Below are positions 14,164-25,708 of a DNA stretch of 64,000 bases, piece after piece. Under the pieces are notes generated by a model. It was not told where the DNA came from. It did no database searches and worked only from the letters and a program-made list of their open reading frames with translations. The position numbers were made by a program, and so were the translations under genes. The stretch is from Macrostomum lignano (taxonomy: Eukaryota), in the NCBI GenBank assembly GCA_002269645.1, contig NIVC01000506.1:1-64000 (forward strand). The letters run 5' to 3'. Every line of letters starts with the position of its first letter. The stretch's first letter is position 1.

Positions 14164-17100
14164 TCAGCCGCAGTCAGCTGTCCCGTCTTCGTTCCTGAGC
14201 TGCTTGCCGGAGTCGATTAGGTTCAGGGCCTCCCGAGCGGCCCCGGGGCCGCCTTCGGCATCATTGTTACCTTCTCCGCCTCTCCGGCCGGCGTAGACGT
14301 CGCAGCAGTGCACCAGGAAGTCGATCAGCTCCACGATGAAGATCATCGTTAGGCCGACAAAGATCGACAGCAGGCCGCCGACCTGGCTAAGAAATGATGT
14401 CAGCGACAGGACCTCCTTTTCCTCTACTTGGTGCAGGTCGAAGTTCGGTCGGATGAGCTGGATGGACAGCAGGTTCCGCTCCAGGATGCTGACATTTTGC
14501 ACCAGCTGGAAAGCGGAGTCCAGTCGGCCCGCGCGCTCCAGCTCGATGGCCTTCGCGTAGATCTGCATCTCCGGCCGCTGCTGCAGGCGGCTGTAGACGC
14601 GGGTCTGCAGCAGGTACAGCTGCCACGCCTTGGTGGGCCAGTCGGAGGTCGACCGCTCGGTCTGGTAGCTGTAGAAGGCGCACGGAATGCTGCAACTCTC
14701 CACCACGTCCTTGGAGTACTTGGAGATCACGGCCTGCTTGCAGCGGATGTGCTCGTACGCCCTATCCAGGGCCGCTTCGCAAACTTTGCTGCTGCTGTTG
14801 CCGGCTGTGCAGGCGCCCAGGGGCAGAAATTCTTGGAGACCGGTGCAGTAGGTGATGTTGCTGCCAGCCTCCTCGGGCACCAGCGGGTACTCGATGGCCT
14901 GTTGCGGTGGTTCAAGTAACTGAGGTGAGCAAGCGGGTGATCTTTTATTGGCGGTTTTAGTGAGTTGTGATGATCCGTCAGGATTTGGTGAATTTTCTAA
15001 GAAACAAAGGGTCAGCAGGGAGCCGCTGAGGTCACCTGACAGCCGCAGGAGGCGCGGATGTCCATCTGGATGGTCATCTGCCTGCAGGCGTCCTCGCTGT
15101 AGCTGTACTCCCTGCCCTGCAGCCCCAGCGACTGCGGGGTATCCGGCGAGCAGCGCCCGTACGGCGGCTGCTTCTGGACGTTCAGCACGTGCTTGAGCTT
15201 GACCTCAGTGAGCGAGCCGGACTTCAGGTGCACCGCGTTGTTGTTCACATCCGGGTGCGTGTCGCCGGAATGAATGGTCAGCACCGCGCCAGACAGCTGC
15301 GTGTTGATGTCCTGCGGGCGGGGCGAGCCAGGAATCGAGTCCTCAATGCCTTATTGAGAGGCGGCACCTCAGCTTTGCTCAACTTCAAAGGCATCATCTG
15401 AACCGCGGTCATCTGTCTAGCAAAGCCTCTGGTGCAGACGGGCGCAGTTGATGCTTGTGGCTTCAACTGTGCATCATTTATTGCAGACTTGCGCTGCGGA
15501 CCCCGCTAAGTGCTCGGAATGACTTGCAGCATGAAGGCAAAACAATAAAGACGGAAGCGTACCGGCCAATTTATAATTCAGACCGATGAAAGGCAAAAAG
15601 ATAATGTTTCATATCCCTCATTTGCTATTTGTGTTGGAGATCCCCTATTGTCACCTAAGCCACTCTCGATCAGCCTGCAATCGATCCGGATAATCAGTCT
15701 GCAATATAATCAGTCTGTAATCTAATCAGTGTACAATCTAATCAGTGTACAATCTAATCTGTGTACAATCTAATCAGTGTACAATCATATCAGTGTACAA
15801 TCTAATCAGTCTGCAATCTAATCAGTATGCAATCTAATCAGTCTGCAATCTAATCAGTCTGCAATCTAATCAGTCTGCAATCTAATCAGTCTGCAATATA
15901 ATCAGTCTGCAATCTAATCAGTCTGCAATCTAATCAGTCTGCAATCTAATCAGTCTGCAATCTAATCAGTCTGCAATCTAATCAGTCTGCAATCTAATCA
16001 GTCTGCAATCTAATCAGTCTGCAGTCTAATCAGTCTGCAGTCTAATCAGTCTGCAATCTAATCAGTCTGCAATCTAATCAGTCTGCAATCTAATCAGTCT
16101 GCAATCTAATCAGTCTGCAATCTAATCAGTCTGCAATCTAATCAGTCTGCAATCTAATCAGTCTGCAGTCTAATCAGTCTGCAGTCTAATCAGTCTGCAA
16201 TCTAATCAGTCTGCAATCTAATCAGTCTGCAATCTAATCAGTCTGCAGTCTAATCAGTCTGCAGTCTAATCAGTCTGCAATCTAATCAGTCTGCAATCTA
16301 ATCAGTCTGCAGTCTAATCAGTCTGCAATCTAATCAGTCTGCAATCTAATCAGTCTGCAATCTAATCAGTCTGCAATCTAATCAGTCTGCAATCTAATCA
16401 GTCTGCAATCTAATCAGTCTGCAATCTAATCAGTCTGCAATCTAATCAGTCTGCAGTCTAATCAGTCTGCAATCTAATCAGTCTGCAATCTAATCAGTCT
16501 GCAATCTAATCAGTCTGCAATCTAATCAGTCTGCAATCTAATCAGTCTGCAATCTAATCAGTCTGCAATCTAATCAGTCTGCAATCTAATCAGTCTGCAA
16601 TCTAATCAGTCTGCAATCTAATCAGTCTGCAATCTAATCAGTCTGCAGTCTAATCAGTCTGCAATCTAATCAGTCTGCAATCTAATCAGTCTGCAATCTA
16701 ATCAGTCTGCAATCTAATCAGTCTGCAATCTAATCAGTCTGCAATCTAATCAGTCTGCAATCTAATCAGTCTGCAATCTAATCAGTCTGCAATCTAATCA
16801 GTCTGCAATCTAATCAGTCTGCAATCTAATCAGTCTGCAATCTAATCAGTCTGCAATCGAATCAGTCTGCAATCTAACTAGTCTAGTCTCGTAGTCAAAC
16901 ATAGATCTTCAAGCCTGCAGCTCACCTGCAGGTAGCAGTCGGTGCAATAGAAATGCTCCGGGCTCCACTCGTTGTCCAGGTACACGGCCATCTCAACCAG
17001 AGACGCGTTCTGCCGCAGCTTCTCGTCGATGTCCAGCGTGAAACAGTTCAAGAAGCTGCCGTGAACGAATGCGTGGAAGCGGCCGGCCCAGAGGTCCAGC

Positions 17101-17819
17101 GGGCTGGGCGCGAACTCGCGGGAGCAGTAGTACTGGTTGCGGGCGCTGCCGTTGCGCAACAGCACCTTGCATTCCACGATGAAGTCAACGAGCTCGTGGC
17201 CCAGCTGGCTGTCCTGGCCGCTCGGCAGGCTCTCCAGGAAGGCCGGCAGGCCGAAGGAGCCGGTGAAGTAGTGGTACTTGTGCCGCGTCTCCGGCTTGTC
17301 GAAGTACTGCCTCCTGGCCGCGACCTCCAGCGCCATCGAGAACTGTCGTGGATTCTTCCAGCCGCGCTGCCGGATCAGCGACTTCCCGCGCGAGGACAGC
17401 GGACGCATGTTGCAGATGGTCAGCGAGGGGAACGGCGAGCTGGCGTCCTTCAGCACGCGCGGCGGGTGCATGACGTCATACTCGAGGAACTGGCCGACGA
17501 GGAAGCTCAGGCAGACGAGGCAGCTGGCGAACAGCATCAGCACGAAGAAGGTCCACAACAGGCGCAGCCGAGTGGACTCGGACTTGACGATCCGCGGGAT
17601 GCCCCGGATGGTGGTGTTCTCGCAGAAGCGGACAAACTGGCGGCGCAGCTCGGAGCCGCGGCCTCTGGGCGGCGGCGGCTGTGGCGGCGGCATGGCGGGG
17701 GCAGCTGCTGGCTCGGCGAGGCGCTCCGCAGGGCTGCCTGCATTTTGAAGGCTCGGCTGGCCGGCTTGTGCGAGAGGCGAGGCGGCCGGATTGGCTGAGC
17801 GGCGCTGGCGGTCGGGCAT
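14164..17819 (-). CDS. DEG/ENaC (ASIC/ENaC superfamily) channel subunit, ~634 aa; exons 17819-16926, 15311-15036, 14898-14164
   Basis: Pre-TM1 FVRFCENTTIRGIPRI, TM1 LLWTFFVLMLFASCLVCLSFLV, FPSLTICNMRP, thumb cysteines (PYGRC, YSEDAC, CGC, C..PC) and TM2 LSQVGGLLSIFVGLTMIFIVELIDF. Both introns are phase-0 GT-AG and exons total 1905 nt. The start at MPDRQ (17819) is inferred. Confidence 0.9.
15700..16877. repeat. 15-bp minisatellite (AATCTAATCAGTCTG-type unit) in ENaC intron 1
   Basis: Roughly 75 near-perfect units read directly. Confidence 0.97.
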
Positions 17820-17924
17820 CAGAGGGCAGGGCGGGCAAGTTTTGGGAGGGAAATGGGATGCGAGAAGGAGGAGGGGACAAGGAGACCTGTGGCCAGGGTC
17901 TATCATAACGTCGGTTATGAGGAG

Positions 17925-18232
17925 GGCCGTAGCCCGGAGGTCTAGCTTGGCGCTGATGTGCCAGCGGCCCAGGTTCGATTCCAAGTGCAGTCACATTCCA
18001 TTGGGGCTATATTGGAATCTCGGCTTGGCTCTACTTGTGCAATTAACGGCCTTGAGGGCCAACCCCAGTGTGCATGCCTAACGATAGATAAAGTGCGAGT
18101 GTGTACCTGTGCGTATGACTGCGTACGTATCCGCGCGCTTGTGTGCCTGCTCAGGGGAGTCGGCGAAATGGGCAGTAATGCCTCTCGCCGGTTGTGTGAC
18201 AATGTCGCTTACAGTGCGCTAGGATGCAGAAA
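17925..18232 (+). mobile_element. tRNA-derived SINE (family B), copy 1, just upstream of the ENaC gene
   Basis: GGCCGTAGCCCGGAGGTCTAGC ... AGGTTCGATTCCAAGTGCAGTCAC head. The body (TTGGAATCTCGG.TTGGCTCT, TTGAGGGCCAACCCC, ATGCCTAACGATA, CTCTCGCCGGTTG.GTGACAATGTC) is shared with 27683-27950. Confidence 0.7.
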
Positions 18233-19399
18233 GCCCCCTGTCTCTGATCTACGCTCGTAAAACGTTGTTTAAGAGCTATTGCTGACAGATCCAGTTTTAT
18301 TTTACCTTTTAAGCTGGATTTGTTACAGAGACACTTTGCTTGGCTCAAAATGTAAGCTTCTGATTTTTAAACCAGCCAAACAATAAAAATCCTTTCTGCT
18401 GCAAAATATACTTTTATGCCCAGCTAATAATAAGAATAAAATTAATAGTTGATTACACCTGTCCTAATGGGCAGATGTGCAACGGCTGCTCAGTCCAAAG
18501 GACTGGGGGGGGGGGGGTCGCCACACACACCTTCAATTACCCCAGCTAATGCTGGAAAACACCCTCTCCAGCTCCTTACGGCCTCCACCTTATTTCTAAG
18601 AAACTGATCGTGGCGTCCTGTCGCTTCAGCTGTCCATGCCGCAAAACACGAGCAGACAAGTAATTAAAGCAGAGAATATTGAGAACCGTCTTTGATGACA
18701 TAAAACACGAGAGCCAACCCGATGAAGTGTGGCCATAAATGCGATTCAATAGACAATAGAGGACTCATGATTGGCATTGAAATTCAAGCCAGAGTTTGCG
18801 CCAGCCAGTTCAGCTTGTACTCGTGCAAATCTCCTTTCATTTGCTGATGCAGGGCCTGTTTGATTGCACAGCTTCCCCAGCTCTGATGGAGCCCACGGTT
18901 CGTTCGTCTTCAACTTTCAATTAGCTTTTGGATTTGACCTGGGCGCCCGAAATGCAGTTTGGCGGAGGCTGGCGACCGGCGAAATCCCCCCGGTGCTGAG
19001 CTGGGGGAGTCTGGGAATCCCGGCTGGGACAAATCTAATTTCCACACTGGCTTTCTCAGCCGCCGCTCCGCAGCACTTCTTCTTCCGCGCTCCGCGAATC
19101 GTTTTGCCTGCTTCCGCTGTCTGCATCCTTACCGAACTCGCCCTGATCGAGTTCTGCTTTGCTCGGCTCTCACCTGCCCGCCGTCCCCGCTCTTCATGCT
19201 CTTTGAATTTTTTAGTTCACTTCATGGCTTTGCCTCAACGCTGTGCCGCCGTGGCCTGCGCTGAGTCGCTTAATTAACGGCTACAACTCACTCTGACTGG
19301 CGACTCCAGCAACTCACACACTGCGCCTCCTTACCTGACCTTTATCCCTGCTTTCGATTCTTCCGCCCAGTGTCTCTCCCTGTGTTCTGCATTCCTACC

Positions 19400-19915
19400 C
19401 CTTCTGTTCCCTCTCCACCCCATGTCCATCTCTCATCTCTAATCTCTTATCTCTCATCTCTTATCTCATCTGTCGACTGTCATCTTTTATCTCTCCCCTC
19501 CCATCTCTCATCTCTCATCTATATAACTAAATCTCTCACCTCATCTCTCATCTCTCTTATCTATTATCTCTTATCTCTTATCTCTTATCTCATGTTTTTT
19601 ATATCTCATCTCTTATCTCTCATCTCTTATCTCTCATCTATAATCCCTCACTTCTTATCTCTCCCCTTCCATCTCTCCTCTCTCATCTCTTTATACCATC
19701 TCTAATCTTTGTATCTCGTCTCTAATCTTTTATTTTTCACCTCTCATCTCTCATCTCTCTCATCTCCTTTCATCCCTCGTGTCTCTCTTATTTCTCCTTT
19801 CTCTCTTTTATCTTTTCTCTCATTTCTCTTTTCTCTCATTTCTCATTTCTCTCATTTCTCTTTTCTCTCATTTCTCATTTCTCTTATTTCTCCTATCCTT
19901 CTCGTCACTCCTTAA
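19400..19915. repeat. CT-rich low-complexity tract
   Basis: Degenerate TCTCATCTCT/TCTCTT sequence. Confidence 0.85.
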
Positions 19916-20102
19916 TCCGTATCAGCTGTAACAAACAGCTGAAATTTCTTAAGGCTAATTTCGCAATATTCGTAATTAGCGATCATCCTCTCCAGTCCAC
20001 TCTTAGCAGCTGTCCGCCTCTTTTTGCAACAATCTGAGTCTCAATCAGATTTCACCTCGTTTAGTTAATAGGAAAAAAATCCACATTCGCACAGGTGATG
20101 CC

Positions 20103-20300
20103 AATTCACCAATTCACCAGTTCACCAGTTCACCAGTTCACCAGTTCACCAGTTCACCAGTTCACCAGTTCACCAGTTCACCAGTTCACCAGTTCACCAG
20201 TTCACCAGTTCACCAGTTCACCAGTTCACCAGTTCACCAGTTCACCAGTTCACCAGTTCACCAGTTCACCAGTTAGGCAGTTAACCAGTTCACCAATTCA
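20103..20300. repeat. 9-bp tandem repeat (TTCACCAGT/CCAGTTCA-type unit)
   Basis: Direct reading. Confidence 0.95.
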
Positions 20301-20694
20301 CCTGGTCTGTGCCGGGGCCCAGTTGCCAAGCTATCAGATTTCCTAACGGCCGTCTAAGCCGCCCTACGCCCCAAGATTTTCTCTCGCTCGGACACCCGCA
20401 ATCGATAGCTGCCCGGCTCCGCTGGACACATTCCGCTGTCGCGACTCGGCCACCGGGTCGAACACTGCGCCCTGCACCCGGAAATTGAAATCGCTGGTTT
20501 GCCCTCCTCCAATTTCCCAGCTGCCAGCCGGATAGAACTCTCCCACTCGCCTCTGCAACACTGAGTGGCGGCAGAGTCTTCTGCAGCTGAAAGCTTCATG
20601 CCACCTCATACCAGCGAAGTCTCCATTGGCTTGCAAATTGGGGCGGTTACGGGATCAACTTTCCGCTAAATCAAAAAGCTTTTAGTCTGCAGTC

Positions 20695-21356
<662 letters not shown>

Positions 21357-21945
21357 CTTGTAGTAGCAGATTGAGCAAGTAAGGTGTGTTTCTCTAAGCA
21401 TTCGTAGGCTGCAAATCTGACAAGCTTTTGTCCTGAATCGCAGAAATCCACCTCTGGATTATTTTAGCTGACAAATGAACATTTCAGGGGCTGTGCAGAT
21501 CCTGCGGCTCACTGAGGCGCGATGGATGGCTTGCAAAGCTGCGGCTCTATCCGGGCAGCTGACTCGGATAATCCACCAAAATTTTTCAACGGCTAGCGGG
21601 GATTTGTGGAAGCTTGACAACCGGCGCGCACTTGAAATTCCCATCGAAGCGGTGGCCCCGAACTGCTCGCCCGGACTTAAAGGGGCCAAAACAATGAAGG
21701 CCTTCCTATCAACTGCTGGCTCCAGTGCACCGAAGGGGATGTTGTCACAAGCGCGGACTTTCCACAGGGTCCGGTGGAAATGAGAGCCAGATTGGCTCCA
21801 GTATGACAGTCAGAGTCAGCACTCGATTGCACACAACACTTGAGAATTGTTCACCAGCCATCAAATGAACCTTTCAGTGCAAAGTGGCCAAAAAATAAGT
21901 ACGAGCCGTGCCAGCGTCAAAGAAGACGCCAAGAGCAGATGGCAA

Positions 21946-22396
<451 letters not shown>

Positions 22397-22513
22397 CTAA
22401 GACTGCCTCCTTCCAGCCAATGGCAGCCCCGATAAATATCCAGACAAAAGCGGCCGCACAGAAGTCAAGAGTAGGCGGCTACTTCGTGCCAACAGCAAGG
22501 ACCCAAAGCAGCA

Positions 22514-24630
22514 ATGCCGTCCGTGAACTGTCAGCAGTGGATTTCGATATTTGCCATCGCCCTCTCAGCAGCAGTGGCGGCTGCGGCAGTCGCTGAGGCG
22601 CCAATCAGCTGCAGCGGAGCCGGTAGCGCGGAGCAGCGAGCTGCCCAGCTGGTGTTCGGGCTGCTGTCCGCCTACGGTGACTCCGGCCGCTTTGTCCAAC
22701 CGGACATCGGTGGGCCAAGCGGCGGCTTCCGAGTGAACATGAGCTTCCAGATTTTGCACTTCTACGGCCTCGACGAGAGCGAGATCCTTGAGATCGGCGT
22801 CTGGGCCGCCTTCCTGTGGCGCGACGGTCGGCTGGCCTGGCGCTGCCCCGGGCTGGCGGTGCTGAAGCTGCCCGCCGACAGGATCTGGCGGCCCGATGTC
22901 GGCCTCAGCAACACCAAGAAGGACAACCAGTTCGACTTTCGGCTGATGAGCGCGCTGGAGGCGCTGGTGTACCCGGACGGTTCGGTGTACACCTACTACC
23001 ACCTGGTGACCAGCGTGGCCTGCCCTGTGGACGTGACCTTCTTCCCCTTCGACTCGCAGCTGTGCCGCTTCCAGTTCGGGCCGTGGACCAGCTACCGCGG
23101 CGGCTACCAGATCCACCTGCCGCCGGCCAAGGTGCGCATGGCCAACATCTCCAAGTTCGTCAGCGAGTGGGACTTGGCGGGCTTCGATATCCAGGCCAGG
23201 TGAGCAATTTCTTTCATGCAAAAGTTTTTTCCCGAGAAAGCGTGTGACACTTCCAGTTCTCACAAGGTGCATGCTATGAGCTGGAACTGGCACCAAGGCA
23301 CCAAGTTCATCAGCTTTTCAGCTCATCATTTCCTCAGCTTCCGTCCCACGAGGAGCTCGCAGGGAGCAGCATCGTATTTGCCACAGCCATGGACAGACAC
23401 ACTGATGCGGCCTTCAGTGACCACCATCTCGCCCGGATAAGGACAGACACACTGATGCGGCCTTCAGTGACCACCATCTCGCCCGGATAAGGACAGACAC
23501 ACTGATGCGGCCTTCAGTGACCACCATCTCGCCCGGATAAGGACAGACACACTGATGCGGCCTTCAGTGACCACCATCTCGCCCGGATAAGGACAGACAC
23601 ACTGATGCGGCCTTCAGTGACCACCATCTCGCCCGGATAAGGACAGACACACTGATGCGGCCTTCAGTGACCACCATCTCGCCCGGATAAGGACAGACAC
23701 ACTGATGCGGCCTTCAGTGACCACCATCTCGCCCGGATAAGGACAGACACACTGATGCGGCCTTCAGTGGCCACCATCTCGCCCGGATAAGGACAGACAC
23801 ACTGATGCGGCCTTCAGTGGCCACCATCTCGCCCGGATAAGGACAGACACACTGATGCGGCCTTCAGTGGCCACCATCTCGCCCGGATAAGTGCGCAGTT
23901 CCAGAAACGCTGGCTATAGCGCGCACAGACGCTAGGCTTAGAGCCGTGCACAGACCGGTAGGTTCTCAATGAGATCAGAGACACCGAAGTTCTGGTGTCA
24001 GCTTCAAAGCCCCGGTGAATACAAAGTACGCTCGTATATGCTCAAACTGGCACGATACCACAAAACTGTTTTATCACACAGCTGACGTCAATCTAGAGTT
24101 CAATGTTGGAGTGACAACTTCAAAGCTGGAGTGACACCGAGCCGCAAAACCCCAAAACCAACAGGCAGTACTTCGACGACAACGTGCAGCAGATCTGGGA
24201 CTACTTCGAGGTGCAGGTGGAGCTGCACAGGAGGCCCTACTACTACCTGTTCGTCATCGTGCTACCGTTCTTCATGCTGTCCATCACGGCCTGCCTGGTA
24301 TTCCTGGCTGACGAGCCCGGAGACCGAGTGAACATGTCCATCGCCATCCTGCTCACCATGACGCTGTACATCATGATCAGCAGCTCGAGTTCGCCCAAGT
24401 CCATGCAGACAATTCCGCTGCTGGGCATCTACATCATGGTGCAGATGGCGGTGCTCATCCTGCTCACCTTCTGCGCCATCTGGAGCCAGCTGCGCCCAGG
24501 CAGCGGCAGCCAGGCGGCTGCATCGCGCCGGCAGCGGGACGCGTTCTTGATGTACCTGTACATCGGCCTGACCCTGGCCAACGTGTGCGCCTGCATGCTG
24601 GTCACCCCGCTCACCAAGAGGATGATGTGA
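22514..24630 (+). CDS. Cys-loop (nAChR-like) ligand-gated ion channel subunit, non-alpha type, 383 aa; exons 22514-23199, 24165-24630
   Basis: Signal peptide, WRDGRLAW, IWRPDV, Cys-loop CPVDVTFFPFDSQLC, EWDL, pre-M1 RRPYYYLF and four hydrophobic segments. The phase-2 intron (AG|GTGAGC at 23199/23200; CAACAG|G at 24164/24165) gives 1152 nt in frame. Confidence 0.9.
23391..23890. repeat. Ten 50-bp tandem units in the LGIC intron
   Basis: GGACAGACACACTGATGCGGCCTTCAGTG(A/G)CCACCATCTCGCCCGGATAA x10; units 1-7 carry A and units 8-10 carry G at position 30. Confidence 0.98.
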
Positions 24631-25197
24631 CCCCGGGGGGTCCGACTGGGGGCTCGGAGCTTCAGCCAAAGATTAGAGGGTGGTGGGAGCGGGGAGGCCT
24701 GAAGATTGGAGGATTGCGGGAGCGGGGAGGCGGGAGCAGCGAGTGGGATTGGAGCCGTCAGCTAAAGATTTGTTTCATAAAGTGCCATGAGTTCAGACGC
24801 TGAAAAATCGCTGCCAGAGAAAATTTCCAAAGCAAGAATTCATCAAGTGCAAAAATTTTTTTAATCAGTACTCGTAGGAAATTAAAGTGCATTGGTTTAT
24901 TTCAGTCTCCGACTTTGAAAAACGTGAACTTTAATGAGATTTGAGTCAAATTCTTTGGTTGCCGTACAAAGCGCAGAAAATCTGTTTTTAAGAAGACAAA
25001 GATGCTGTTTTGTTAAAAGCGTTTTTAGAGACTTTAGACGTTTTTTGAGCATGCAAAATAGAAGTGCTCTTAAGCCTCTAAATCGTGGGCATGACGATTT
25101 AATGAAAAATGCTGTCTTGACGGCTGAGTTCACTTTGGAAGCAGAAAATGGCCAGTGGGTAAAAAAACTTGCTGTTAACACAATTGAGCCAGCAGAG

Positions 25198-25708
25198 GAA
25201 GGGGGTCACTTGCACAGGTGGACCAGCTCAGGGGTCACTTGCACAGGTGGACCAGCACGGGGGGTCACTTGCACAGGTGGACCAGCTCAGGGGGGTCACT
25301 TGCACAGGTGGACCAGCTCAGGGGGGTCACTTGCACAGGTGGACCAGCACAGGGGGTCACTTGCACAGGTGGACCAGCTCAGGGGGGTCACTTGCACAGG
25401 TGGACCAGCACAGGGGGGTCACTTGCACAGGTGGATCAGCACAGGGGGTCACTTGCACAGGTGGACCAGCTCAGGGGGGTCACTTGCACAGGTGGACCAG
25501 CTCAGGGTCACTTGCACAGGTGGACCAGCACAGGGGGGTCACTTGCACAGGTGGACCAGCTCAGGGGGTCACTTGCACAGGGGACCAGCACAGGGGGTCA
25601 CTTGCACAGGTGGATCAGCACAGGGGGTCACTTGCACAGGTGGACCAGCTCAGGGGGGTCACTTGCACAGGTGGACCAGCTCAGGGTCACTTGCACAGGT
25701 GGACCAGC
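25198..25708. repeat. 29-31-bp minisatellite built from the wnt5 C-terminal codons and stop
   Basis: Unit GGGGTCACTTGCACAGGTGGACCAGC(T/A)CA; its reverse complement contains CTGGTCCACCTGTGCAAGTGA (LVHLCK*). About 17 copies. Confidence 0.95.

Noticed and set aside
23391-23890. CRISPR-like array or tandem hammerhead ribozymes
   Set aside because: Units are head-to-tail with no unique spacers, there are no cas genes and the context is eukaryotic. CTGATGC lacks the CUGANGA and GAAA hammerhead core.
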